Positions 7,928 through 16,868 are shown, counted from the stretch's first letter. The stretch is DNA of 43,209 nucleotides from Candidatus Moraniibacteriota bacterium (GCA_049303555.1 JBAQNF010000025.1:1-43209); one strand, 5' to 3'. Notes: generated by a model from the sequence alone, not told the origin. Numbers and translations: made by a program.

Positions 7928-9082
7928 ATGTCACTTTGGAAAACACGCACACAGACCGATCATGGTCGGATCGGTGAAATGATGACGAGAAAGGGGAGTT
8001 TGCAAACTCCCTTTTTTATGCCGGATGCCACGAGGGCCTCGGTACGTGGTCTGACGAGAGAGGACCTGGAAACAGTCGGCGTCGAAGCGTTGGTGGTCAA
8101 TACCTACCACCTCATGCTTCAGCCGGGCGAAGCACTTATTAAGGAAGCCGGAGACATTCATGCCTTTATGGATTGGCAGCGACCAGTTTTGTCTGATTCG
8201 GGTGGCTATCAGGTCTATTCGCTCATTCACAAAAACCCAGACCTTGGACGGATTACCGAGGAAGGAGCAGAGTTTCGCTCGGTACTTGATGGTTCCAAAT
8301 ATCTTCTCACGCCGGAACGCTCTATTCAGATCCAGTTTGATCTCGGAGTGGATATGATGGTGGTGCTCGATGATCCGCGCCCCAATGATGCTTCCGAAGA
8401 AGAAATTGTGAAGGCGGTTGATCGGACACTGCGATGGGCACGACGGTGTCGAGATGAGTATGACGCTCAGGTAAGCGCCCGCGGACTGACCGATGAAAAC
8501 AGACCACTCCTCTTTGGGGTAGTGCAGGGCGGGATGATGGTGTCTGAACGTCAGCGTTGTGCCGAAGGGCTAGTGGCGATCGGGTTTGATGGCTATGGTC
8601 TGGGCGGACGCCATGTCGATATGGAGGGGAAGTTCTTGGGCGAATTGGTGGCAGCTATTGCCTCATTTATTCCAGAAGACAGTATTCGTTTTGCGCTTGG
8701 TGTCGGCACACCGGAAGATATCGTCCGCTGTCACGCGGTGGGCTGGGATATGTTTGACTGCGTCATTCCGACCCGTGAAGGAAGACACGGACGTCTTTTC
8801 CTTTGGAAAAACGAAAACACAAATTTCAAAACACAAAAGCCAAACGAAAGCACGGCTTTACCGGTGGATTTTTATGAAACGATCAATATTAAAAACGAGC
8901 AGTTTACCAGTGATTTCACAGCAGTGGACCCGACGTGTGACTGCACACTGTGTACCAAATATACTCGGGCATATCTGAAACATCTTTTGAAAGTCGGGGA
9001 GCCACTGGCGCTACGCCTTGCTTCAGAGCACAACCTGCGCTTCTATATGCGCCTCATGGAACAGCTGCGCTTACAGAAGTGA
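7928..9082 (+). CDS. tgt: tRNA-guanine transglycosylase family protein (Tgt-like)
   Basis: Motifs seen: TPFFMP, NTYHL, SDSGGYQV, LFGVVQGG, LGVGTPEDI, DMFDCVIPTR, and the Zn motif CDCTLC..YLKHL. The usual FMPVGT is FMPDAT here. An insertion of about 20 aa (KNENTNFKTQKPNESTALP) lies before the Zn site. Confidence 0.8.
   Translation: MSLWKTRTQTDHGRIGEMMTRKGSLQTPFFMPDATRASVRGLTREDLETVGVEALVVNTYHLMLQPGEALIKEAGDIHAFMDWQRPVLSDSGGYQVYSLIHKNPDLGRITEEGAEFRSVLDGSKYLLTPERSIQIQFDLGVDMMVVLDDPRPNDASEEEIVKAVDRTLRWARRCRDEYDAQVSARGLTDENRPLLFGVVQGGMMVSERQRCAEGLVAIGFDGYGLGGRHVDMEGKFLGELVAAIASFIPEDSIRFALGVGTPEDIVRCHAVGWDMFDCVIPTREGRHGRLFLWKNENTNFKTQKPNESTALPVDFYETINIKNEQFTSDFTAVDPTCDCTLCTKYTRAYLKHLLKVGEPLALRLASEHNLRFYMRLMEQLRLQK
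8807..8855 (+). repeat. CA-rich heptad array (family C) embedded in the tgt CDS
   Basis: AAAAACG AAAACAC AAATTTC AAAACAC AAAAGCC AAACGAA AGCACGG. The 18-mer AAAACACAAAAGCCAAAC (8828-8845) is identical to 33141-33158 in the parA-parB spacer. Confidence 0.85.
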
Positions 9083-9093
9083 TTTTGAGTATG

Positions 9094-9126
9094 AAAAAAG
9101 CGCGCGTAGAGTTCTACGTTCGCGCT
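9094..9126 (-). terminator. intrinsic terminator for the minus-strand small gene
   Basis: On the minus strand: AGCGCGAACGTAGA-AC-TCTACGCGCGCT hairpin (2-nt bulge) followed by TTTTTT. Confidence 0.7.
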
Positions 9127-9150
9127 CGGTGATGGAGGGCACTCCTAGCT

Positions 9151-9417
9151 CTAGGAGGTCTGAGCTGGTTCCGTGGAGCAACCACAGGGTCCGTGATCGG
9201 CCAGGGCTGTCACTTCTCCACCGCAAACACACTTGACGGTAGGCCGCTCGAACGATTTCGCACAAAGCCAGAAACCACCGAGGACGATGGGTCCCAGAAT
9301 GAGTGCGACGAGCTGACCGGGAGTGCCGATGGAGTAGCACAAGTTCAGGAGAACAGCGTATACCAGCGCACCACCAAAGGTGTAACGGTTGGTGTGGCGC
9401 TTGAACATTTCGTACAT
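9151..9417 (-). CDS. small two-TM membrane protein with a Cys-rich C-terminal tail
   Basis: The start MYEMFK is preceded by GGAGG 6 nt upstream. There are two hydrophobic segments. The tail is KCVCGGEVTALADHGPCGC. The gene has its own terminator. Confidence 0.6.
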   Translation of the reverse strand: MYEMFKRHTNRYTFGGALVYAVLLNLCYSIGTPGQLVALILGPIVLGGFWLCAKSFERPTVKCVCGGEVTALADHGPCGCSTEPAQTS

Positions 9418-9578
9418 GAGAAGCCTCCGAAGTTTTGGGGTTATTCTCCCCGTGGGTTGAACAAAAGGACCGGATAAGCCAGGAAAAGCTTGAGCAATGC
9501 TCAATTTGCTTGTACACTGGACTTATTGAAGTAACCTCCTTAATATACACGAAATAAGCCTTTTTGTCAACCTCCATT

Positions 9579-10979
9579 ATGCCAGAAACAAAAAATGATT
9601 TGATGGAAAAAATAGTGTCGCTGTGCAAGCGTCGTGGTTTCGTCTTTCCTTCTTCGGAAATCTACGGTGGCTTTGCTGCGGTCTATGACTTCGGTCCGTA
9701 TGGTGTGGAGCTAGCCAAAAATATCCGAGAAGCCTGGTGGCAGGCTATGGTGCATGATCACGAGAACATTGTCGGTCTCGACAGCGCTATCTTCATGCAT
9801 CCGAAGGTCTGGGAGGCTTCGGGGCACGTCGGGGGATTTTCTGATCCATTGGCTGAGTGCAAAGACTGTCACTCCCGTGTCCGTGTCGACCATCTGCTCG
9901 AAGAGGCCGGCGTTTTCGCCGATGAAAAGATGAGCGAAGCAGAAATCAATGCGTTGTTTACCGAAAACAAAAACAAGATCGTCTGTCCAAAGTGTGGAAA
10001 GAAGAATTTCAGCGAGGCCAAGAGCTTCAATCTTTTGGTACAATCCAACCTTGGAAACTTCACAGGCGATTGGACGAAGGAGCCGACCTATCTGCGCGGT
10101 GAGACGTGTCAGGGTATCTATGTCAATTTCAAAAACGTACTCGATTCCTCTCGGGTGAAAGTGCCGTTTGGTATCGCACAGATCGGCAAAGCGTTTCGCA
10201 ATGAGATCACCGCTCGGCAGTTTATCTTTCGTAAGCGTGAGTTTGAGCAGATGGAGATGCAGTACTTCGTCCATCCGAGCGAGGCAGCAGCAGTATACGA
10301 AGAGTGGCGTGCCAAGCGTTTCCAGTATTATATCGATCTTGGAATCAAACCAGAGAATCTCCGTTGGCACCAGCATGAGAATCTCGTATTTTATGCCAAG
10401 GCCGCGTGGGATATCGAATACAATTTCCCGTTCGGGTTTAAGGAGCTCGAGGGTGTGCACAATCGCAGTGACTACGATCTGACCCAACACACCAAGTTTT
10501 CTGGCACAGATCTCTCCTATCGTGACCCTCAGACCAATGAAAAATACACACCGTGGATTGTGGAAACATCCGTTGGTCTCGACCGGACATTTCTGGCAGT
10601 TATGACTGATGCTTATACCGAAGAAGAAATCGGCAAAGATGGAGAGAGCGATACGCGTATTGTGCTCAAGTTCCCGAAGAAATTGGCGCCGGTGCAGGTG
10701 GCGGTGTTTCCATTGATGAAGAACAAACCGGAGCTGGTAGAAAAAGCGCGGGAAATTTTCGCGGCGCTCAAGAAAGACTTCCGCTGTGAATTTGATGACA
10801 ATGGCAACGTGGGTAAGCGTTACCGCCGCCAGGATGAAATTGGGACACCATATTGCGTGACGGTAGACTTTGATAGTCTGGAAGACGGCGCTGTCACTGT
10901 CCGTGATCGCGACACCATGAAACAAGAACGCGTCGTGGTAAGCGAGTTGCAGAAATATTTCGGAGAGAATCTTAAGTGA
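9579..10979 (+). CDS. glyQS: glycyl-tRNA synthetase (alpha2 dimeric type)
   Basis: The N-terminus MEKIVSLCKRRGFVFPSSEIYGG and class II motifs are typical of GlyQS. The ATG at 9579 is preferred over the TTG at 9564. Confidence 0.93.
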   Translation: MPETKNDLMEKIVSLCKRRGFVFPSSEIYGGFAAVYDFGPYGVELAKNIREAWWQAMVHDHENIVGLDSAIFMHPKVWEASGHVGGFSDPLAECKDCHSRVRVDHLLEEAGVFADEKMSEAEINALFTENKNKIVCPKCGKKNFSEAKSFNLLVQSNLGNFTGDWTKEPTYLRGETCQGIYVNFKNVLDSSRVKVPFGIAQIGKAFRNEITARQFIFRKREFEQMEMQYFVHPSEAAAVYEEWRAKRFQYYIDLGIKPENLRWHQHENLVFYAKAAWDIEYNFPFGFKELEGVHNRSDYDLTQHTKFSGTDLSYRDPQTNEKYTPWIVETSVGLDRTFLAVMTDAYTEEEIGKDGESDTRIVLKFPKKLAPVQVAVFPLMKNKPELVEKAREIFAALKKDFRCEFDDNGNVGKRYRRQDEIGTPYCVTVDFDSLEDGAVTVRDRDTMKQERVVVSELQKYFGENLK

Positions 10980-11007
10980 TTATGTATAAAAATTAAATAT
11001 TTTTTAT

Positions 11008-11727
11008 ATGGAACAAATGGAATATATACAACCTCAAGGAATTTCATCTAGGAAAACATCTATATTGAAATACTTAGGAATTCTTCTGTATGCAATAGCA
11101 GGATCTCTTGTTATTACCATTATTGGGGATGTAATTTTCAGATCAGTGGTGGTCCGTAACCATTTTTTTGCGCTACCATTTCTTTTTGGGATAATTGCAA
11201 CGATTCCAATTCTATTTTATTTCGGTCGACGCAGCTTCTTAATAAAGTGGAAGATACTTTCCTTTATTATATTTTGTACATTTAGTCAGTGGGTGGCTTT
11301 GATTTTCGGGATGATGTTCTATCTTTCTTTGGGGTTGTTGGGTGCGATTTTTCTAGGGACTATTAAGATTATGATGACCATACCATTTATAAAAAGCATG
11401 ATTGATGTCATTCATTTTTTACCAATCCTCCTTATCCCATCTGTTGTTGGGGCAGGAATAATTCTTTTATCTCAAAAGATATTATTTTTTGAAACAGTTG
11501 CTAGAAAGAAATCAGAATTTGTGCTGATATTGGCGTATAGTTTCTTTTTTCCAATTCTATTATCATTTTTTATAGATATTTCATCTTTTTCTAATCTCGC
11601 AGCATTCGGCGGGGAACAGAATGTGGATGTGCAAGCCTTTTTGAGTGTTACATTTTTTTGGCAAGTTGGTATGTTATATTTTCTAACGGAGCGTTTTTCG
11701 CGTTTGACTATACCAGCATCTAATTGA
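11008..11727 (+). CDS. hypothetical multi-pass membrane protein (AT-rich gene)
   Basis: 239 aa with at least 6 hydrophobic segments. The gene is visibly much more AT-rich than its neighbours. No family was recognised. Confidence 0.55.
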   Translation: MEQMEYIQPQGISSRKTSILKYLGILLYAIAGSLVITIIGDVIFRSVVVRNHFFALPFLFGIIATIPILFYFGRRSFLIKWKILSFIIFCTFSQWVALIFGMMFYLSLGLLGAIFLGTIKIMMTIPFIKSMIDVIHFLPILLIPSVVGAGIILLSQKILFFETVARKKSEFVLILAYSFFFPILLSFFIDISSFSNLAAFGGEQNVDVQAFLSVTFFWQVGMLYFLTERFSRLTIPASN

Positions 11728-11765
11728 GCTGTTTGTATAAATCCCTGAGCGTAAGCCCGTGAGAG

Positions 11766-11793
11766 ATTCATTATTCTAAATTCCTGATTCATC
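11766..11793 (+). repeat. ATTCNNN heptad array x4 upstream of the M16 peptidase gene
   Basis: ATTCATT ATTCTAA ATTCCTG ATTCATC, then 7 nt, then ATG at 11801, which is in phase with the array. Confidence 0.85.
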
Positions 11794-11800
11794 TACAACA

Positions 11801-13072
11801 ATGAAATACCAGAAACACACCTTGAAGAATGGACTGCGGATTTTGCTCGCGCCGATGCAGGAGACCGGGACGGCCACGGTGATCGTCATGACCGGAGTGG
11901 GGTCACGCTATGAGACTCGTGCCGAGAATGGTCTCGCTCATTTCCTCGAGCATATGTTCTTCAAGGGGACGACCAAACGCCCGACTGCCATGGATATTTC
12001 CAAGGAGCTCGATGCTATCGGTGCCGAGTACAATGCCTATACCGGCAAAGACCGCACGGCTTACTATGCCAAAGTCGAAGCTCATCACTGGGAGACGGCG
12101 CTTGATGTGGTCAGCGATCTTTTTCTCAATGCCAAGATTGAACAAGAAGAGATTGACCGTGAGCGCGGGCCGGTGCTCCAAGAGCTCAATATGTACGAAG
12201 ACATGCCGATGCGCCATATCGGTGATCTATGGGAACTGCATCTCTATGGTGATCATCCGCTCGGTTGGGAAATTATCGGACCAAAAAAGAACATCCAAAC
12301 ACTGATGCGCAAGGACTTTATCAAGTACTTGAACCGTGGCTATGTGGCCGAGAATGTCGTGATCGGTGTGGCAGGCAAGATCGATCCGAAAGCAGTGAAG
12401 AAAGAAATTGAAAAACACTTCGCCAAGATTCGTACTGGCAAGAAGCCGATGTTCAAAAAGAACACCAAGAAGCAGTCGCAGCCGGAAGTATTCGTCCAGA
12501 ACAAGAAGACTGACCAGACCCAGCTCATCGTGGGTGTGCGTTCCTATGATATGAACCACAAGGACAAATATGTGCTAGCGGTACTCTCGATCATTCTGGG
12601 TGGTGGCATGTCGAGCCGACTCTTTATGGCGGTGCGTGAACGACGCGGACTGGCCTACAGTGTCCATACCATGACGGAATCTTTTCATGATGCCGGTTAT
12701 CTGGCGACGCAGGCCGGAGTAGAGCATGTCAATCTGGAAAAGACGATCAAGGTGATCCTCGATGAGTACCAGAAAATTGCCACTGAGAAAGTGGCGGCGG
12801 ACGAACTGAAGAAGGCCAAGGAATATATCAAGGGCAAGATGGCTATGGGTCTCGAAGGATCAGACGATGTGGTGGAGTATCTGGTCACCCAGGAAACTAT
12901 TCGTGGAGAGATTGTGCTGCCGAAAGAAAAAGCGAAACTGGTAGACAGAGTAACCGCAGAAGATGTGCTCCGGGTAGCCAAAGATATCTTTGTGAACAAG
13001 AAACTGAACCTGGCTGTCATCGGCCCAAAGGCAAGCAAGCAAAAACTCATAAAAATAGTAACTCTTGGATAA
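11801..13072 (+). CDS. M16 family (insulinase/pitrilysin-like) zinc peptidase
   Basis: The HFLEHMFFKGT inverted zinc motif (HxxEH) lies near the N-terminus; 423 aa. Confidence 0.88.
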   Translation: MKYQKHTLKNGLRILLAPMQETGTATVIVMTGVGSRYETRAENGLAHFLEHMFFKGTTKRPTAMDISKELDAIGAEYNAYTGKDRTAYYAKVEAHHWETALDVVSDLFLNAKIEQEEIDRERGPVLQELNMYEDMPMRHIGDLWELHLYGDHPLGWEIIGPKKNIQTLMRKDFIKYLNRGYVAENVVIGVAGKIDPKAVKKEIEKHFAKIRTGKKPMFKKNTKKQSQPEVFVQNKKTDQTQLIVGVRSYDMNHKDKYVLAVLSIILGGGMSSRLFMAVRERRGLAYSVHTMTESFHDAGYLATQAGVEHVNLEKTIKVILDEYQKIATEKVAADELKKAKEYIKGKMAMGLEGSDDVVEYLVTQETIRGEIVLPKEKAKLVDRVTAEDVLRVAKDIFVNKKLNLAVIGPKASKQKLIKIVTLG

Positions 13073-13098
13073 ATAGGGTTTGTGCCGTCTACCACGAA

Positions 13099-13178
13099 GA
13101 ATCAGGAATCATGAAGTAAGAATTATGATTTCAAAAGAATTTCATTCTTGATTCTCTATTCTTGATTCATAATTCATC
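13099..13178. repeat. inverted heptad arrays: GAATNNN x4 then ATTCNNN x5
   Basis: GAATCAG GAATCAT GAAGTAA GAATTAT (13099-13126), a spacer, then ATTCTTG ATTCTCT ATTCTTG ATTCATA ATTCATC (13144-13178), then 6 nt and ATG at 13185. The arms are imperfectly complementary. The 19-mer GGAATCATGAAGTAAGAAT (13105-13123) recurs at 32223-32241. Confidence 0.85.
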
Positions 13179-13184
13179 ACACGT

Positions 13185-14216
13185 ATGACTATCAACGAAC
13201 ACGTCGAAGTAGGGACGAAGGTGTTGTTTCGGACGGCGCTTCTGATCGGGGCGGCGTATGTTGTGTACCTTATCCGGGATGTGGTGCTCTTGGTATTGCT
13301 TGCGGTGCTGACGGCTGCTGCACTGGTGCCTGCCATCGCCAAGCTCCGGAAGTTCGGACTATCTCGTACTGCCTCGGTCATTATTTCTTACACGCTGCTG
13401 CTCTTTGTCGGAGTGGTCTTGCTCTCGGTGCTCCTGCCGCTTTTCTTTTCGGAAATCAAACAGTTCCTCGAGAATTGGCCGGAGTATACCAAGCGCCTGG
13501 ATGCCTTCATGAATGGTATCGAGGCATACTCGCAGAGTATTGGTATCGAGTTTCGCAAGGAGGAGTTCTCGCAGAATATCGAGGGCAATATCTCTCAGTG
13601 GTTCTCGCAGATTTTTTCGACGACCATCAATCTCTTTCAGGGCTTCATCCATTTCATCGGCTATTTCTTCCTCGCCTTGTATCTCTCGCTTGAGGAGAAG
13701 GGTATCGAAAAATTTTTCTTGCTCCTGACACCCAAGCACTACCACGCGCAGGCGCTCTCCATCGCCACCCGCATGCAGGGCAAGGTTAGTCAGTGGCTGT
13801 TTGGGCAGATGCTCCTCATGCTCATCGCGTTTGGTATCTACTATATCGGTCTCTCGCTCCTCGGTGTGCCGTACGCTCTGGCCATCGCCTTTTTCGGGGG
13901 ATTCATGGAGATTTTGCCCTATGTCGGTCCAATCCTGGCTGCTGTCCCAGCAATCATCATTGGGCTGTTGTCTTCGCCAGTGCTCGGCGCCTCCGCTCTC
14001 GCCTTCTATATCATCGCTCATCAGGTAGAGGCGCATATCATCGCTCCCCAGGTGATGAAGCATTCGGCTGGTCTCAACCCAGTGGCGCTCATCGTCGCTA
14101 TCTTGGTCGGGCTCGAGCTCGGCGGAGCACTTGGTATCATCCTGGCCGTGCCGATCACCATGATCCTCTCGGTGTTTGTGGAAGATTTGTTTGAGAAAAA
14201 AAGTAATGAGCTGTGA
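13185..14216 (+). CDS. AI-2E family transporter (PerM/UPF0118)
   Basis: 343 aa. Multi-TM topology with a central soluble insert and a conserved GGFMEILPYVGP-like segment typical of AI-2E/PerM proteins. Confidence 0.8.
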   Translation: MTINEHVEVGTKVLFRTALLIGAAYVVYLIRDVVLLVLLAVLTAAALVPAIAKLRKFGLSRTASVIISYTLLLFVGVVLLSVLLPLFFSEIKQFLENWPEYTKRLDAFMNGIEAYSQSIGIEFRKEEFSQNIEGNISQWFSQIFSTTINLFQGFIHFIGYFFLALYLSLEEKGIEKFFLLLTPKHYHAQALSIATRMQGKVSQWLFGQMLLMLIAFGIYYIGLSLLGVPYALAIAFFGGFMEILPYVGPILAAVPAIIIGLLSSPVLGASALAFYIIAHQVEAHIIAPQVMKHSAGLNPVALIVAILVGLELGGALGIILAVPITMILSVFVEDLFEKKSNEL

Positions 14217-14221
14217 AGAGT

Positions 14222-14896
14222 ATGAATGAATTTGGTATCTTGTATATTGTCGCTACCCCGATCGGTAATCTGGGTGACATGACACTGCGCGCGCTCGAAA
14301 CCCTGAAGAGTGTCGATGTTGTGTTGTCCGAAGATACCCGAGTGACGGGCAATTTACTGCGGCACTTCGAGATCAAGAAATCACTGGTATCATTTCACGA
14401 GCATACTGAAGCGGACAAGGCGCAGAAGCTGATCGATCGTATGAAGGCAGGGGAGAGTATGGCGCTCGTCACCGATGCTGGGACACCGGGCATCTCCGAT
14501 CCGGGCAACGTCTTGGTAGCGCTGGCGGCCGCAGCCGGTATCAGAACTATTCCGATTCCGGGTGCCAATGCTCTTGGGGCTATCGTCTCTGTGGCGGGGA
14601 TTGATATGCGAGAGTTTATATTTCTCGGATTTCCACCACACAAAAAAGGTCGCGAGACATTTTTCAGACGAGTGGCTGTAAGTGAGATGCCTGTCATCTA
14701 CTATGAGTCTCCACATCGGGTGGTGAAAAACCTGGAGCTTCTGCTGGAACTGTCACCAAACAAAAAACTCGTCCTGGGACGAGAATTGACGAAGATATTT
14801 GAGGAAGTGGTGCGGGGCAGTGTCAGCGAAGTGAAAGCATATTTGGAGAGTAAAGCCGGGAAGATGAAAGGGGAGTTTACGATTGTAGTATACTAG
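14222..14896 (+). CDS. rsmI: 16S rRNA (cytidine1402-2'-O)-methyltransferase
   Basis: LYIVATPIGNLGDMTLRALETLKSVDVVLSEDTR is the typical RsmI N-terminus. An alternative GTG start at 14213 overlaps the upstream stop. Confidence 0.88.
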   Translation: MNEFGILYIVATPIGNLGDMTLRALETLKSVDVVLSEDTRVTGNLLRHFEIKKSLVSFHEHTEADKAQKLIDRMKAGESMALVTDAGTPGISDPGNVLVALAAAAGIRTIPIPGANALGAIVSVAGIDMREFIFLGFPPHKKGRETFFRRVAVSEMPVIYYESPHRVVKNLELLLELSPNKKLVLGRELTKIFEEVVRGSVSEVKAYLESKAGKMKGEFTIVVY

Positions 14897-14967
14897 GGAT
14901 GAGCCATGAAGTATGACGCAGGAAGCATGAGAAAAAAGAAACTGACGTAGAGCCTTGAAAATGTTTT

Positions 14968-14995
14968 GGACCCGATACGCATTGCGTACGGGTCC
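14968..14995. terminator. strong perfect hairpin between convergent genes (possible terminator)
   Basis: GGACCCG-A-TACGC-ATT-GCGTA-CGGGTCC. The flanking U-tracts are weak (AAAACAUUUU on the minus strand). Confidence 0.4.
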
Positions 14996-15010
14996 GGGGT
15001 GGCGGGTCGG

Positions 15011-15307
15011 CTATTTTGGGAAGAACAGCCAGTTGGCAAATGCTGCGCTGGCGAAGGTGCATTCGCCACCGAACACGCCACCAATCTTGCAGCCAAATGA
15101 GGCTGCAAAGTAGAGGAAAAAGAACAGGGCTATTGCCGCTGCTAGCGTAAGGAACACGATACCTAGCCGGAGGTACTTCTCGGCAGCGTCGCCCCAGGGA
15201 CTGGGGCTCTCTGTTGCCCAGAGTAATTCCCAGGCCGCCATGGCCACGAGGGCGACCAGAAAGATGGTTTCCTGTAAAGGTGAAAAACGTTTCCGTGGCA
15301 TGTCCAT
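15011..15307 (-). CDS. small membrane protein (98 aa)
   Basis: AGGAG lies 6 nt upstream of the ATG. Hydrophobic segments: IFLVALVAMAAW and LGIVFLTLAAAIALFFFLYFAASF. A consensus promoter lies upstream. Confidence 0.6.
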   Translation of the reverse strand: MDMPRKRFSPLQETIFLVALVAMAAWELLWATESPSPWGDAAEKYLRLGIVFLTLAAAIALFFFLYFAASFGCKIGGVFGGECTFASAAFANWLFFPK

Positions 15308-15364
15308 TTCTGACTCCTATAGGTTGTTTGGGAACTGAAACAGCACGGTTGTACTGTTCAATAC

Positions 15365-15393
15365 ATTATATACCATAAATAACACTTTGTCAA
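15365..15393 (-). promoter_or_regulatory. consensus sigma70 promoter (TTGACA-17-TATAAT) on the minus strand
   Basis: The reverse complement of 15365-15393 reads TTGACA aagtgttatttatggta TATAAT. Confidence 0.7.
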
Positions 15394-15422
15394 TCTCGCT
15401 CTGGTGGGATAGAAGCACAATT

Positions 15423-16868
15423 ATGTCAGAAAACACTGAGAATAAGCCATTTTTTATCACTACCGCCATCGATTATGTGAACGCCGCTCCACACGTAGGG
15501 CATGCAGTGGAAAAGGTGTTGACGGACGTGGTGACGCGTTATCACCGGCTCTCTGGCGGGGAGACATATTTTCTCACTGGTTCAGATGAGAATAGCTTGA
15601 AAAACGTGCAGGCAGCGGAAAAGGCCAACCGACCGACCGCGGAGTTTGTGGCAGAAAACGCGGAGGCCTTCAAGGCGCTCGCTTCGTCACTCGATCTTTC
15701 GTTTGATCAGTTCATCCGCACGACAGAAGCGCGGCATTTTTCGGGTGCTCAGAAGATGTGGGCAGCTTTCAAAAAAGAAGATCTCTACAAGAAGAGTTAC
15801 CGTGGTCTCTACTGTGTGGGTTGCGAGGAATTTAAGAACGAGAAAGACTTGGTAGACGGAAAGTGTCCGGATCATCAGAAAGAGCCGGAGCTGGTAGAGG
15901 AAGAAAACTGGTTTTTCAAACTGTCCAACTATCAGGACAGACTACTGCGACTCATCGAAGACGATACGCTCAAGGTCTCTCCTGACTATCGCAAGAATGA
16001 AGTGGTGTCGTTTATCAAAATGGGGCTGGAAGATTTCTCCATCTCGCGATCAGTCGAGCGGGCGCGCAATTGGGGTGTCCCCGTGCCAGGAGACGAGGGG
16101 CAGATTATGTATGTCTGGGTAGACGCGCTTTCAAACTATATCACCGCTTTGGATTATGCTACCGATGGTGAGCTGTATAAGAAATTCTGGGCGAGTGAAG
16201 GTGAACGAGTGCACGTAATCGGCAAAGGCATTCTCCGTTTCCATGCCATCTATTGGCCGGCCATGTTGCTTTCTGCAAACTTGCCATTGCCAACGACTGT
16301 CTACGCACACGAGTATCTGACTATCAACGGTCAGAAGATGTCGAAGTCTCTGGGAAATGTAATCTATCCGGATGAACTGGTGGCCAAGTTCGGTGTGGAT
16401 GGCACTCGTTATCTTCTCCTCACCGCACTGCCTTACAGCAAGGACGGTGATTTGTCATGGGAAAAGATGACCGAGAAGTATAATGCTGATCTCGCCAATG
16501 GTCTGGGCAATTTGGTGTCACGCATCATCAAGCTGAGTGAAAAACTCAAAGAAGAAGACAAGACAGAAACTGTTTCTGAAGCGGGTGTTCTGGGAGCGCT
16601 TGAGCCATTTTTCACGAGGTTCGATCTCTCTGGCGCTCTTGTCCATATCTGGACTGGTGTGCAGACACTCAATGAGTATCTCGGGAAAGAGGAGCCCTGG
16701 AAGCTTGAGGCGGGATCTCCGAAATTTGTTGAAGTGATGAAATATGCCCGTCACCAGCTGACGCTCCTTGGCGCTGAAGTGGAACCGTTTCTTCCAAGCA
16801 CCGCTGAGAAAATTGAAACTGCCCTCAAAACGGGGAAAGTTGAACCACTCTTTCAACGGATCAAATGA
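15423..16868 (+). CDS. metG: methionyl-tRNA synthetase
   Basis: FFITTAIDYVNAAPHVGH (HIGH-type motif) and KMSKSLGN (KMSKS). The ATG at 15423 is preferred over the TTG at 15387, which overlaps the divergent promoter. Confidence 0.93.
   Translation: MSENTENKPFFITTAIDYVNAAPHVGHAVEKVLTDVVTRYHRLSGGETYFLTGSDENSLKNVQAAEKANRPTAEFVAENAEAFKALASSLDLSFDQFIRTTEARHFSGAQKMWAAFKKEDLYKKSYRGLYCVGCEEFKNEKDLVDGKCPDHQKEPELVEEENWFFKLSNYQDRLLRLIEDDTLKVSPDYRKNEVVSFIKMGLEDFSISRSVERARNWGVPVPGDEGQIMYVWVDALSNYITALDYATDGELYKKFWASEGERVHVIGKGILRFHAIYWPAMLLSANLPLPTTVYAHEYLTINGQKMSKSLGNVIYPDELVAKFGVDGTRYLLLTALPYSKDGDLSWEKMTEKYNADLANGLGNLVSRIIKLSEKLKEEDKTETVSEAGVLGALEPFFTRFDLSGALVHIWTGVQTLNEYLGKEEPWKLEAGSPKFVEVMKYARHQLTLLGAEVEPFLPSTAEKIETALKTGKVEPLFQRIK

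Noticed and set aside
9711-10925. 404-aa minus-strand ORF, and similar long antisense ORFs at 5124-5840, 6114-6917, 13359-14063, 24962-25531, 26479-26994 and 33296-34240.
   Set aside because: Each lies fully antisense to a confidently identified conserved gene (glyQS, recO, the repeat protein, the AI-2E permease, atpD, leuS, parB). Their composition is low-complexity or nonsense. They are shadow ORFs.
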